Shown here: positions 24,826-38,563 of the stretch, in pieces
How the letters are laid out: the number at the start of each line of letters is the position of its first letter
Position numbering within the stretch: the stretch's first letter is position 1
Assembly: GCA_020137815.1 (NCBI GenBank)
Contig: CM035350.1
Span: 9,610,001 to 9,674,000, forward strand
Length of the DNA: 64,000 nucleotides
Direction: 5' to 3'
Origin: Hormiphora californensis
Lineage: Eukaryota; Animalia; Ctenophora
Position numbers and translations under genes: made by a program
The notes under the pieces: generated by a model
What the model saw: only the letters and a program-made list of their open reading frames with translations
What the model was told of the DNA's origin: nothing
Database searches by the model: none

Positions 24826-26032
24826 GGCGTGAATCAGTCACCAGTCATGGCTGATCTCCGCCAACGTTTCACAAAAAACGTTGGTGTGAATCAGCCACCC
24901 CATACAGAAGTACAGCCAGTATGGTGTAGTGCAGTGGAGTGTGTTGGACTTTACTTACAGAAGTACAGTCGGTATGGTGTGGTGCAGTGAAGTGTGTTGG
25001 GCTTTACTAATAGAAGTACAGCTAGTAAGTTGAGATCTAGCGATGTGAGGCGTGAGCTAGACTACCGTGAGGCATGCCGTGTATCGTATGGACACAAGTG
25101 AGTTTAAGCTAGTATGAATTCTCTCCCGCTCCTTGGTTCTACTACAGGTGAAGCAGAAGGATCCTCACCCAGGTTGTATAAGACAGTATCGATTGTTTAA
25201 GGGCTAAAGCCCTGGAGCTAAAATATTCATTTCTGGATCTCTAGATCCAAGAGCATATTCTATTAATCTGCAGTAAGCAGAGACAGTATATTTCATCATC
25301 CGATTTAAATATGGTTTAACTAACAAAACTTACCTTCAGAAAATATCTTCTTGAAAAATATCTGGAAATCCTTGGTATAAAACTAACCGCTTTTGAAACG
25401 AGAGTTAGTGAGACGAAGTCCGCACCAAGTGATGCTAGTAGTCAAGACCTAACAGAACTCGTGTTGTTCTTTACAATATGGACAATGAAAAGCGGACAAT
25501 AAATGTATATTTGTATTTGTATTTGTATTGATCCACGCCAAGTAAGCCTGTCAAAACGTGTTTCGACCTAGAGAGCAAGAGTGCGAGAGTGCCTTCGGAT
25601 CGAGAAATAGCCACACGTGCCTTCTCTTAGTAATAAACAATGGCACCGACACAAACAACAACTAACAATATCTTCTTCTTTTCTTCTTCTAAGCAGAGGA
25701 CACTGGCTAGTGCGAAGCAAGTTAGCCAGTGAGGGGTGGATGCAACGAAGCTCCCTTTCCCCGTCCTGGGAGAGGGACTGAGACCGCCCTTTTTTAACAA
25801 CAAGAACAACAAACAATATCACTAACAATTAAGAATATCACTAACAATTAACAATATCACTATTCACTAACAATATCGAGGCTCGAGCTAGGCAGGAGAT
25901 GTTCCGGTAAATCCTAAGCTGAATTTGCATCACCCGAGGGACCCCCATAACCCTTCTCTATACCTTGGCTACGAAGTCACCCCTATTGCAGTGTCGCGTT
26001 GAGGTGTAATTTAATTACCAACTCTATCTAGC

Positions 26033-29000
26033 ATGGTAGACGTTAGTGAGGACTGTGATAGTCGGGATGAGGTGCCGTGCTCTCTGGAGGCTACCCGACT
26101 AAAGGAACTAACTGAGCAAGCTAAACAGGTCCTCTCTGTCCTTCAGAAGAACAAAGTTGAGGAGCGAGCACGCAATTTCAGGTATAATTAGTAATCAGTA
26201 GTCTGTAATTAACATGCACAATTAATAACTAGTACATTCATTGTACTTTTTGTTGTTTTACAATTTAAAATCTAAACGACTGTCAATCTATATGATATAC
26301 CTGGCCTCCGGTCAAAACTGCAGGTGGATCCTTTAGATGGTCTTGGTGGCGCCGTCACCTCTCTGCGACTTACAACTCAGCCCGCTTGAGGGCTTCGTTT
26401 TGGCGCGCTACGCACACGAGTTGTAATGGTGACTGCGTCACCAATAGATGGTCTAAGTACTAAGTAGTAATATAGTTATTTGTTTCAGCTCATCTTGGTC
26501 TACCAATACACTACGATTGACGACCGAGGCTAACTGTTACAAAGCCCGACTGGATTCCATGCGTAGCCGTATCAAAAGGTTTGTGCAGATCTGCACGTTG
26601 GATGCTCCTGTCAGCTGTCTTTCAAATAGTATCCCAACACACATTATCTCACTTTTTACAACAATCTAACCGCGTGTTTCAGGATCCGATCCTTGCAAGA
26701 TGAGGAACCAGTTGCCGCGAGGGTTAACCAAGTTGTATCTTCAGTTGGCAAGAAGATGACATGTCCTACTTTAACCTTCAATGCCATGCCCTCCCTTCCA
26801 AGGTAACGTTAAGATCTCATAATTTTAGAAAATTTGAGTCATTTGGTTTGGTTTGGGTTGCTCATCTGGGACTGTAAACAGTCACACAGCCAAGTCTTGC
26901 CGACCTAGCGAGAAAGCATAGTACCGGATCATCCTTTCGGAATCACCATCAGATCGTCTTCTGTCTGTCGTCGGTGAAAGAATGTGAAGTTATATGAGGT
27001 ATAAACTCTTGCCAGTGGCACGTTATTTCAGATAGCTTTCTCCCAGCGCGCCGCTGGGAGAAGCTAGCTGTAGTTTATCCGCCACTGGCGGATAAACTGG
27101 TTTAAATCACGACGACGATCCCGAGGGAGAGGCGGAGGGGTTTAAACCTATAACGTGCCAGTGACAAGAGTTTATAGGTTATATACCCTGCTTTAGTTGT
27201 TTGTTTCAAGTATTACACACTAACAAGAGAGAGAACACTACTCAAAACACACAAAGAGAACTGAGAAACAGTCAAAAACACCTCATAATTGAGTGTACAC
27301 TGTTTGGTAACAGTTACTAAGGAAAGAGAGTGAAAGAAAAATAAATAACCTGCCAGTGGGAAATAATCTGCCGCTGGACTAGCTGTTTATTGAGAGTGCG
27401 CCAGTGGGACTTCTCGCCACTCACGGCGTGCCTGGTGAAATTTTAACACGACCTAGCATGCGACGGGAAACCACCACTTGTACGTGGTAGCTGAGGGTCT
27501 ACAGAATGGCGCTACGGTGCGGGAAAAAACATTCCATTCCCTAAAATCTTTTTTTTTACTTTTATTTGATTTGGGTCAAAATTGGCTATATTAAACGTGG
27601 TCCCGAAAAATCCATAATGACTTAGCACACGAAATATGTCACCCCTACCTATTTTTGCACGTAGAATCGATTGCCGTTGAAGTCGAATCTCTAAAATGAC
27701 TGTAAAATGGTCAAAAGTTGATTTTTTACCATTTTTTGGAGGTTTTTGGCCCCTAAACCATTGAAAACGTTGAGATAGGAATTTGAAACTAGTGCCAATC
27801 GTTAAAATGGTCATTTTTCTACCAAGAACCAAGTTTTCGTGTATATCCGATTTATGGTTAAATTTGGGCAAATTGTTGAAATCTGCCAACTAGGAGAACC
27901 GTAACTTGATTTTCTTGTTTTTTGGATTTTGGCATTTTTGACAAACTTCTGATTGAAATGGTCAATCGGGACCATGCTTAAGTTGTTTATGGGACAATTC
28001 TCGACTAAAATCCAAGATTTCATACCAATCCAATAACAGATCGTTGATTTATAGAAAATTTAAGTAGGCAAAACGGTCAAAATAAGCAAGAAAAGTTGTT
28101 ATTTTGACCGTTTTGCCTACTTAAATTTTCTATAAATCAACGATCTGTTATTGGATTGGTATGAAATCTTGGATTTTAGTCGAAAATTGTCCCATAAACA
28201 ACTTAAGCATGGTCCCGATTGACCATTTCAATCAGAAGTTTGTCAAAAATGCCAAAATCCAAAATATAAGAAAATCAAGTTACGGTTCTCCTAGTTGGCA
28301 GATTTCAACAATTTGCCCAAATTTAACCATAAATCGGATATACACGAAAACTTGGTTCTTGGTAGAAAAATGACCATTTTAACGATTGGCACTAGTTTCA
28401 AATTCCTATCTCAACGTTTTCAATGGTTTAGGGGCCAAAAACCTCCAAAAAATGGTAAAAAATCAACTTTTGACCATTTTACAGTCATTTTAGAGATTCG
28501 ACTTCAACGGCAATCGATTCTACGTGCAAAAATAGCTAGGGGTGACATATTTCGTGTGCTAAGTCATTATGGATTTTTCGGGACCACGTTTAATATAGCC
28601 AATTTTGACCCAAATCAAATAAAAGTAAAAAAAAAGATTTTAGGGAATGGAATGTTTTTTCCCGCACCGTAGCGCCATTCTGTAGACCCTCAGCTACCAC
28701 GTACAAGTGGTGGTTTCCCGTCGCATGCTAGGTCGTGTTAAAATTTCACCAGGCACGCCGTGCACTGGCGCATTATTTAAGTTAGCAGGGTATATACTTC
28801 TAGATTGTAAAACTAAATTGTTCTTAGTAACTTCTAGCTCATTCGCAAGATGTGAGTAATGGTGGTGTAGATTCTCGTTTTTCAATCTGAATTGTGTTCT
28901 AACATAACGCTGGATTTCCCTGCCGTGTGAAGCTGTGAAGAAAGGATGTCATGGCTAAGATCATTAGAGCAAATCCTTGCATTACAATGCACGCCACACA

Positions 29001-32000
29001 TTTCCATACAAAAAGTTTTGACAAAAGTGTTCCGGCGCCGGGAATCGAACCCGGGTCTTGTGGGTGAGAGCCACAGATGCTAACCCCTACACCACGTCGG
29101 AGATGTAAGAAGTGTATTTGTATGCTATTTAAACTGCACCTGTTCACACGTTGACATGCTTCCTCTGCCCTGTTAGACATGTCGAGCTAATGCATTACTG
29201 AACACGAGAAAGCTTATGGAATTGATTCTGTACAAATGCTCAACTCACATCTCCGACGTGGTGTAGGGGTTAGCATCTGTGGCTCTCACCCACAAGACCC
29301 GGGTTCGATTCCCGGCGCCGGAACACTTTTGTTAATTTTTTTTGTCGTTCAAAATTGGTACATACCAATTACTAAGTTTCCAATTTCCATGAAATGTTTA
29401 TTAGGTCCAATTCATTCACAGTGCCGAGCTGTTGCTCGTTCGAACGCCTCCAAGGACCAAGGTACATACCTATTACCTGCAGTACTGCAGTACTGCACCC
29501 GGGTCTCGGATTGTGCGTGACACAACATTTAGCAAATCCAAGCAACAATACCAAATCATTTTTTATATCTCTGCCTCTACGAGATCAAGACTTTACCTTT
29601 TGGAAATAGAATTTGTCGAGTCCTTTTTACTTTCAATTCAAGGGAGTAGCTATAATCGTGGGTAAATTTAAAACCCCAAAATTATGCTTTTTTGTTTTTT
29701 CCTATGACACACCATTAAATCAATAGGACCCGATAAATTATAACACCAGCTGCAGCTGTCGTGACAGCAACATTGTTACAAAGGGACACACTCTGTCACA
29801 CTCCAGTGGGAGATCTTTACGTAGCGCGCGGGGTGTGTTGTCTAACGGTAAGCGCGCTACCCCGCGGGAATGTGTGAATAGTGTGAACACAGCTCACACT
29901 GGCAACATAGCGGTTTGAGCCCCACACTGGTAACACGCTCATTCCACTTTATCCACAACATAGATACTACACCTGGGTGCCAGTGGATCAGAACGTCTTT
30001 GTCGAGGACGAGACAGTGCTCCATAACATTCCATATATGGGAGAGGAAGTGTTGCAACAAGATACATCATTCATCGAGGAACTGATATTGAACTACGATG
30101 GAAAAATTCATGATAGGTATTATATTAGATATACATCTACCAATTTATTGTCAGTGCCGGAGTCGGACTATGTGTCTGGCGGCCCCAGACAGGACTGTGG
30201 AGTGTCACTTGTCAGAATTCTGTGCGGGACGGAACTCATCAAGTATAGATTGGCCAAATAAGCCGTTATTATCCTCAGATGTGGCTTTACAGACGCCCTG
30301 TTCAATGAGATTCTGGAAGAATTGGCAGAGGAAGTGAAGAAGATAGAACCGAGTCTCACAATCATGGATTGTATGTGTGTCATCACCCCACTCTTCCCTC
30401 AAATCGGTAAGAGGGAGAGACAGAGATAGAGAGGGGGGGGGGTAGAAAGATGGCGATGTTTTATAACTCTTAGTATCCGACCCTAATTTCCCACTTTTCC
30501 CTGCAGCTAAAGTTCGTGACCTGTACGACCACTATGTGGAGATAACGGGCGCCCAAATGAACACTGTCACATGCTCCAATATCGATAAAGCCTTGCCAGC
30601 GCCTGTTACACGTGAGCAGGTCCTCCACTCGTACCAATCTCTTTTCTGTCGCGGTTGTTATAAGTATGACTGCTTCCTTCACTCGTGGAGTTCTCAGCCC
30701 AATACGATTAAGAAGAAGAGGGCGGCGGTGGTTAGTGAGCCTTGTGGAGGGGGTTGCTACAAACATGTGGAGCCGGGCAAGGGAGGGAAGGAGATAGTGG
30801 AAGATGAAGTTAAACGTAGAAAGGTGAGAGAGACTCTGACATGATAGATACAGCCAATGTATTGGAACGGGTGGTAGAAACCACACTGCACAGACAGAAC
30901 AAGAAATAACCCCCCTCCCTCCGATCTACAGATAGAGGAGGCTGGAGAGTCCTCGCCTGCTCCCTCTAGTTCCGCTACATGTGGTAGTTCGGCCGTGTCC
31001 TCAACCAGTGATAGCGAGGGAGAACCCGTAAGTGAACACACCCAAAACATCATTCTCCACGGCACACACAGTCTAACGACTGAATAGAAATACACGGGAG
31101 TTGCCAAAGAAACGAGAAGAAGGTCGGTTATTAAAGTTCAGGAACCGACCGAACCAAGTAAACAACCAATCAGAGCTCGCTATTTAGGTCACGTGACTGG
31201 TTATCAGCCAATCAGGGACCAGTATTTCCTGATTCGGTCGGTTCCTGTTAGAGTTATTAGAAGGAGAGGTACACCTGTCGCTTTTTCTACAGATATAAAT
31301 GGTGACAGGTTAGAGAATCTGTACAGATCTGCACCAGCTGCTGCATTGTTCGATGACCCATCCTTTCCTCTCTCACCCTCCTTCTCATCATATCGATCCT
31401 CTATACTTCTCAATCCTCTATACTTCTCAATACCCCCTCTCCCCCTCTACTTCTCAATACCCCTCCCTCTACTTCTCAAACCCCCGTCCCTCTACTTCTC
31501 AATAACCCCCCCCCCCCCTCTACTTCTCAATCCTCTCTACTTCTCAATACCCGTCCTTCTCAATACCCCCTCTCCCCCTCCCTCTACTTCTCAATACCCC
31601 CCCCCCCTCTACTTCTCAATACCCGTCCTTCTCAATACCCGTCCTTCTCAATACCCCCTCTCCCCCTCTAGGAGGATCCTCTCTACTTCTCAATACCCCC
31701 TCTCCCCCTCCCTCTACTTCTCAGTACCCCCTCTCCCCCTCTAGGAGGACCCGGAGGAAGCCCAAAAGAAAAGGGATATTTTGAAGAAGTGGAGTGCAAA
31801 TGAGATAGCCCTCCTGAACACCCTCAGTCCAGTATTTCAGGATAACGTGTGTTCTATTGCCCGGATTATCCGCGGGAAAACATGTCAGGAGGTAATTAAA
31901 TGGGGTGGCCATCTTTCTAGGCTGGCCATCTTTAAATGGGGTGGCCAGCTTTCTAGGCTGGCACTCTTTAAATGGGGTGGCCATCTTTCTAGGCTGGCAC

Positions 32001-34391
32001 TCTTTAAATGGGGTGGCCATCTTTCTAGGCTGGCACTCTTTAAATGGGGTGGCCATCTTTCTAGGCTGGCACTCTTTAAATGGGGTGGCCATCTTTCTAG
32101 GCTGGCACTCTTTAAATGGGGTGGCCATCTTTCTAGGCTGGCACTCTTTAAATGGGGTGGCCATCTTTCTAGGCTGGCACGTTCTTTAAATGGGGTGGCC
32201 ATCTTTCTAGGCTGGCACTCTTTAAATGGGGTGGCCATCTTTCTAGGCTGGCACGTAACGAGTTGATCCAACTTCCCTACAATTTAACTCTCATGTCTCC
32301 AGGTGTATCAGTATTGTCAGCACTGTTTATCAAAAGGTCGTGTATCGGAAGAGTATTCTCCCCAGGCCAACAAGCGAAGAAACAAGAAGAAGAAGCTCTT
32401 CTCCAAGGTATTACAACCAATCAGAACTCGTTATTTATGTCACGTGACTGGTTATCAGCCAATCACGGACCAGTATTTCCTGATTCGGTCGGTTCCTGCT
32501 CCAAGGTATTACAATGCATGTGGATACCTTCAACTTCTGATTTTCATCTTGGCTTCTCTTTTTTCTTCTAATAATTGTATGTGTTTTAGTCGCTGGTATC
32601 TCAACGGAAGGTCTTCCAAAAGAAGTTTAACAAAGTTTTACGGAAAGTCCACGAGAACGGCGGAACAATGGTAAGTTACCATGGTTACCATAGTTACCTT
32701 TGTTAGCAGCTAGTTACCTCGATTGGGATACCGTCACTTGGAGTCTGTAACACCGGCCTACCTTTCTCCGTTTTGAATACTTACAGATTCTGGCTTTAGA
32801 ATTTTGATAGGAAACTATTTTTACTTGTTATTCTATTCTGAAATCGTATTTCCCAACCTTTGCTATCTCCCTCCCTCTCTCTCCGCCTCCCCTATCTATC
32901 TATCTCTATCTCCCTCTCCAGGTGGGTAGTTTTGTACCCTGTCACCACCCGGGACAGCCTTGTAACTCAACCTGCTCCTGCATCACGTCCGGCCACTTTT
33001 GTGAGAAGTTCTGTCACTGTTCCAAGGATTGCAGCAACAAATTCGTCGGTCAGTCAGAAACTGTTCTATTGTCTGTCTGTTTGTCTGTCTGTCTGTCTAA
33101 AGTCTGTCTGTCTATCTAAAGTCTGTCTGTCTATTGCTTATAAAGCTGGTGACAATAAGTCAATACTTTTTGAATCTCGTTCATCAAGTTTCAATTAGGA
33201 ACCGACCGAACCAAGTAAGCAACCAATCAGAGCTCGTTATTTAGGCCACGTGACTGGTTATCAGCCAATCAGGGACCAGTATTTCCTGATTCGGTCGGTT
33301 CCTGGTTCCAATAAGAGTAATGAATGATCCCCAACTCCATATTATCAGGGTGTAAGTGCAAGGCGGCGTGTAAGACCCAACAATGTCCGTGTTTCGTGGC
33401 AGTTAGGGAGTGTGATCCGGACCTGTGCAGCAGCTGTGGGGCAGGTACGTGTAATGTTTTACAACCTTTGTTAATTGTTACCCTTTCGTAGCCATGGTAA
33501 TGTGTCGTATGTTACCGTTGTACCATGTAATTTGTAAACATTACAATATGGAAGACCCAGACACCCATTATATTATTTGATGTACCACAACCAACCTCCC
33601 TCTCTCTCCACCCCTTACCCAACCTCCCTCTCTCTCCACCCCTTACCCAACCTCCCTCTCTCTCCACCCCTTACCCAACCTGCCTCTCTCTCTCCACTTC
33701 TTACCCAACCTCCCTCTCTCTCCACCCCTTACCCAACCTGCCTCTCTCTCTCCACTTCTTACCCAACCTCCCTCTCTCTCCACCCCTTACCCAACCTCCC
33801 TCTCTCTCCACCCCTTACCCAACCTCCCTCTCTCTCCACCCCTTACCCAACCTGCCTCTCTCTCTCCACTTCTTACCCAACCTCCCTCTCTCTCCACTTC
33901 TTACCCAACCTCCCTCTCTCTCCGCCACTTACCCAACCTCCCTCTCTCTCTCCACCTCTTGCCCAACCTCTCCCTCTAGGTGAAGAGTCAGATGATCGGG
34001 CGTGTAAGAACGTGTGCATTCAACAGAAACAGGGCAAACACATGCTGCTAGCTCCCTCTGATATTGCAGGATGGGGAATCTTTGTGAAGGAGCAATGTCA
34101 GAAGAATGACTTCCTGTCCGAGTACTGTGGAGAGGTGATCTCGCAGGAGGAGGCCGATAGGAGGGGAAAGGTAAGTGGACCAATAATGGGTATATAATTT
34201 GTATGATTTAAGGTAATTAATGGGAAATTACTGTCGAACAATGACCTGTGCACGTATCACATAAGTGACCATTATACTTAGACACATAAGACATAGCCCA
34301 CATGCATGTATTATACTACTTCGTTGGGGTAGTACTACTTGATGCATTGTGACGTAATACATTAGCAGCTGACTGTTATAATAGTTCACTT

Positions 34392-34481
<90 letters not shown>

Positions 34482-34653
34482 GTCTCTACGGTCTCTGCCC
34501 CACATATTACACATTATATTAAACATGCTAGATTCACGTTCAGGTTTTTCTTTTATCATATAAGAGGCAGGCCTTTTATATCTTTTCCGTACCGCTATTC
34601 AACACAGACATCTTTCATACTTCTTTCTATTTCTATCTCTCTCTCTCTCTCTA

Positions 34654-34707
<54 letters not shown>

Positions 34708-35000
34708 TCTCTCATCCCTTCTACAAGGTATACGATAAGTACAAGTGCAGTTTTCTCTTCAATCTGACCCAAGACTACGTGGTTGATGCAACACGTAAGG
34801 GGAACAAGATCCGCTTCGCCAACCACTCAGTCAACCCTAACTGCTTTGCTCGAGTGATGCTAGTCAATGGGGACCACCGTATCGGGATCTTCGCACAGAG
34901 AAACATTGAGCCGGGGGAAGAGCTCTTCTTTGACTACCGGTATGGTCCGACCGAGGCTGTTAAATTTGTCAGTATTGAGAGGGAACCTGAGCAGATGTGA
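26033..35000 (+). CDS. EZH2: Polycomb H3K27 methyltransferase Enhancer of zeste, multi-exon
   Basis: [39 protein letters not shown] ([15 protein letters not shown]), SET ([42 protein letters not shown]). Start tentative. Confidence 0.95.
26990..28796 (-). mobile_element. HINE-like element (subTIR TATACCCTGCT, long terminal hairpin) interrupted by a foldback
   Basis: Homologous in reverse orientation to 56998-57660; classification inferred. Confidence 0.6.
27422..28762. mobile_element. 1341 bp near-perfect palindrome (arms ~664 bp), CAC...GTG termini, 4 bp TSD CACT (Chapaev-like foldback)
   Basis: Mirror ORFs 27512-27889 and 28295-28672; loop at 28086-28098. Confidence 0.88.
29030..29101 (-). 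tRNA. tRNA-Glu (CTC)
   Basis: 72 nt cloverleaf, anticodon arm TGTGG-CTCTCAC-CCACA, GGTTCGATTCC B-box, TTTT terminator. Confidence 0.9.
29252..29323 (+). tRNA. tRNA-Glu (CTC)
   Basis: Identical to the minus-strand copy; TTTT terminator at 29327. Confidence 0.9.
31139..31247 (+). mobile_element. Family A hAT-like MITE
   Basis: TIRs; TSD TTAAAGTT/TTAGAGTT. Confidence 0.85.
31400..31744. repeat. Pyrimidine-rich intronic minisatellite (CTCTACTTCTCAATACCCCC) with duplicated acceptor
   Basis: CCCCCTCTAG|GAGGA occurs at ~31671 and 31744. Confidence 0.8.
31896..32253. repeat. 36 bp intronic minisatellite, ~10 copies
   Basis: TTAAATGGGGTGGCCATCTTTCTAGGCTGGCACTCT tandem. Confidence 0.95.
33196..33304 (+). 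mobile_element. Family A hAT-like MITE
   Basis: TIRs; TSD GTTTCAAT/GTTCCAAT. Confidence 0.85.
33590..33979. repeat. ~28 bp intronic minisatellite ending at the EZH2 acceptor
   Basis: ACCCAACCTCCCTCTCTCTCCACCCCTT tandem. Confidence 0.9.
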
Positions 35001-35938
35001 TAAGAAGGGAGAGAGGGAATACTGGTCCCTGATTGGCTGATAACCAGTCACGTGACCTAAATAACGAGTTCTGATTGGTTGTTTACTTGTCAGTATAGAG
35101 AGGGAACCTGAACACATGTGATAAGAAGAGAGAGAGGGACTGAGTAATACATGCACAGAACCTTATAGCTAGTTCTTTATATGAACAATTCTAGGGTATA
35201 GGAAGGGGGAGAAATAGGTTTCTCTCTACTATTTTATTACCCTCGCGTCGTGTATATATGTACTGTGTGACACTGTTACTCACATTGTTAATCGGGCGGC
35301 CCCTTCTGCCACCACCTTTAGTGAATTCGTTGTCCTCTTTTGTCCTCGAGAGAAGAAGGGAAGAGGTGGATAGTGAGAGAGAAAGAGAGAGATTGGGCCG
35401 GCTGAGAAGACAGGGTGAGCTGGGGTTTATTACTGCAGGGAATCGGGGCACGAGTAGCTATAGAGCGTGAGTGGGAGGGTAATTCTTCTCAAGTGTCAGG
35501 GCATTGGGAGTTTTACAATTAGCGCCCTGACTCGGTGACACTAAGGGAGAAATTGTTAGAAATAAAAGTGTCTGGGAAACCAACAAGGAATTACCGCTAT
35601 AATTCCTGCTACCGGCGATTTTCCTGGTATTTTACGGATTGGAGATTGTGAGCTTGAATTAGATGGTTGCAACGAAATAACCCCTCCTTCTTAGGGTGCG
35701 CTTAGCGCCGGCAAGGGAGGGATAGTTTCGTTATATTATATAATTCTCCTAAAATTCCTACTAATCCCCCCTCACTTCCACCTAACCCCCTCTCCCACCT
35801 AACCCCCCCCCCTCCCCGCTCCCTCCTAACCCCCTCGCAGCTCGCTCCATCTCAATTCAATAGATTCGTAGAGCCATTTTGTATTAGACAACACCGCCTT
35901 TTCTTTAGCTTTTGTTTGTGATGACTCTCTCTATTTTT

Positions 35939-35975
<37 letters not shown>

Positions 35976-36507
35976 CTCCCTCTCCTCTCTCTCCTCTCCC
36001 TCTCTCTCTTAATATCTCTCCTCTCTCTCTTTCCTCCTCTCTTCCTCTCACCTCGTCCCTCTCTCTACTCTAATCCCTCTCTCTATCTCTCTCTCTCTTT
36101 CTCTCTCTATTTTACTATTATCATTATCTAAAACTGGTATGTGCATAAATTCAACGTTGAATTCATCACCAATGATCACAATTATAGATCGCCATTCAGT
36201 CCGCGCCATATGAGTCCGCTAGTGACATGTCTAGGAAATACTGGTCCCTGATTGGCTGATAACGAGTCACGTGACCTAAATAACGAGTTCTGATTGGTTG
36301 TTTAGTGACATGTCTAGAGCCTTTGTTTAGGGATCTTCCCGAGGAAATTTGAGTTGAAAATCGAGAGAGAAATAGAGAAATATAGCTCGAGTGTTTGATT
36401 GTTATAGTGATACCTGGCTAATATACGAAGGATTTGACCTCAAGTCATTTCCCTTCAATAATGTATGACAATATGACCACTGTATGCTCATCTTGATATT
36501 GCATGGA

Positions 36508-36557
<50 letters not shown>

Positions 36558-36966
36558 AGAAGAGACAGATCGAGAGAGATGAGCTAGAGAAGAGCTGAGT
36601 ACGCATAGATCTAGAGATGATAGCAGAGAGAGAGAGACATAGATAGAGAGAGATGAGGCGAGAGAGAGATATGAGAGAGGATAGAGAGAGAGAATAGAGA
36701 GAGTTGGATTCCCTTGACATCCCTACCCTCACTACTTCACATCTCAGTTCCCTGATATTAATCTTTCTGATATTAATCTTTCTGATTTGTCTGGTAAAAC
36801 TTTTACCACGATATATGTTATTATTTTACCGCACGTCGTCATATCGTCAGATATATTCCTTTCGTATCCATGATCTGTTTGCGTCATCTTTTCCCAATTT
36901 TCTAATAACTATTTTTGAAACAACAAAGAGCATCCGTTCTCCCTATAATTTCTCTCTCTCTCTCTC

Positions 36967-37010
<44 letters not shown>

Positions 37011-37116
37011 TCTCTCTCTCTCTCTCCTCTCCATCTCTCTCTCTCTCGTCTTTCTCTCTTTCTCATCTTTCCTCTCTCCTCACTCTCTCTCTCTCAGTCG
37101 CCTCTCCTCTCTTCTT

Positions 37117-37226
<110 letters not shown>

Positions 37227-38563
37227 TTTCTCTCCCCCATCTCCCTCTCTCTTTCTCTCTCTCAGCTGACTATTCAAGCATGTTATACAATTAAATATTG
37301 GTGTTTATTCGTTCAATAACCCCGTATGAACTGCTTACACCCTGATTTCACGGTGTGTTGTAACCGAGATAAGAGCATCTTACAAAGTGAATAGCATCTT
37401 TCAGAGCTTGTGGACATCTAGTGGATGTGCTTTAGTCAGCAGCTCAGACAGCCCCCCCCCCCCCCCCCCCCCGAACCATCATCTTGACTAGTAGCTTCGT
37501 TTCTTAGTATCAGTGTGATATATCAGTGTGATGTATCTAGATACTAGAACTCTCTCTCCATGTCCATGAAGTGTGGGAACAAAGGGTTTTGTTGAAGAAC
37601 CATTGTTGTCTATCTTTACAGAGTGTTTACCAATTGTCTTGTGAGAGTTTGTCTAAATGAGCTGTTATTGATTTTATAAAGGCGTGTTTATCATATATAA
37701 ATAAACAAAGCACGCCCCCCTGAGTAATAATATTTCCCATTTAATCCACCTCTCTAATTCGCCTACAGGCTGCAGTAGTAGCCAGGTGGATGGTTTAGAT
37801 CTAGGGAGCGGGGTAAGAAAGTTGGAATTAGGCCATTCTCACACCTGTTAAAACCCTAGGATTAGTCGTAATTACTCTACTTTTCTGGATCCCCCCCCCC
37901 ATTTTTCTGGAAACTTCTGTAATGAAATTAGTCATAGGGATAGTAAGGAAAAGTCAGAAAGTTGATGAAGATCATAATCAGAAATTAGTGCCCTCATATA
38001 ACAATAATAGTAATATTTCTTGAAATCAGTATGGTTGTAAAATAGAGATTTCTCTACACACATCCCGGGGTGAGTAATGTGTCTCCTGAAGACGACCAGT
38101 AGTCTGATTATTATCAAGACATTTTACACGTTGTGTGTGTCAAGATACCGTCACGTACCACCAACCCTTCCAACTAATCAAATGTAGGTCAGTGATAGGT
38201 TACAGGCAGTGCCACCAATGTAGAGTGCAGTGCTAGGGTCTAGGTCGACTAGTTGAACCACCAATGGAGTCTTCACTCCAGAGTCTTGTAACAAGCATCT
38301 TAATATTGTGTGTGGCAAACATGAAGCCATTCTGTAATTCTTATTAGTTCCTGTTCATTTCCCAGTTGTTGTTATTTTCTCTCTGCCAACATCTCTCTGC
38401 CAATATATCTCTCTGCAACTTTCTGTTGAAGGTTCTCTGCGTTAATTGTTTCACACAACAGCAGCTTTTTGTTATGGTTGATTGATTGATTGGTGGTTGA
38501 TATAAACTTGAACAGCTCCAGTTAAACCGGCTCTTCACGACACTTGTTTTTGTTTCTAAATAT

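Noticed and set aside
27512-28672. Pair of 125 aa mirror ORFs as genes
   Set aside because: Arms of a non-coding palindrome; no recognisable domain.
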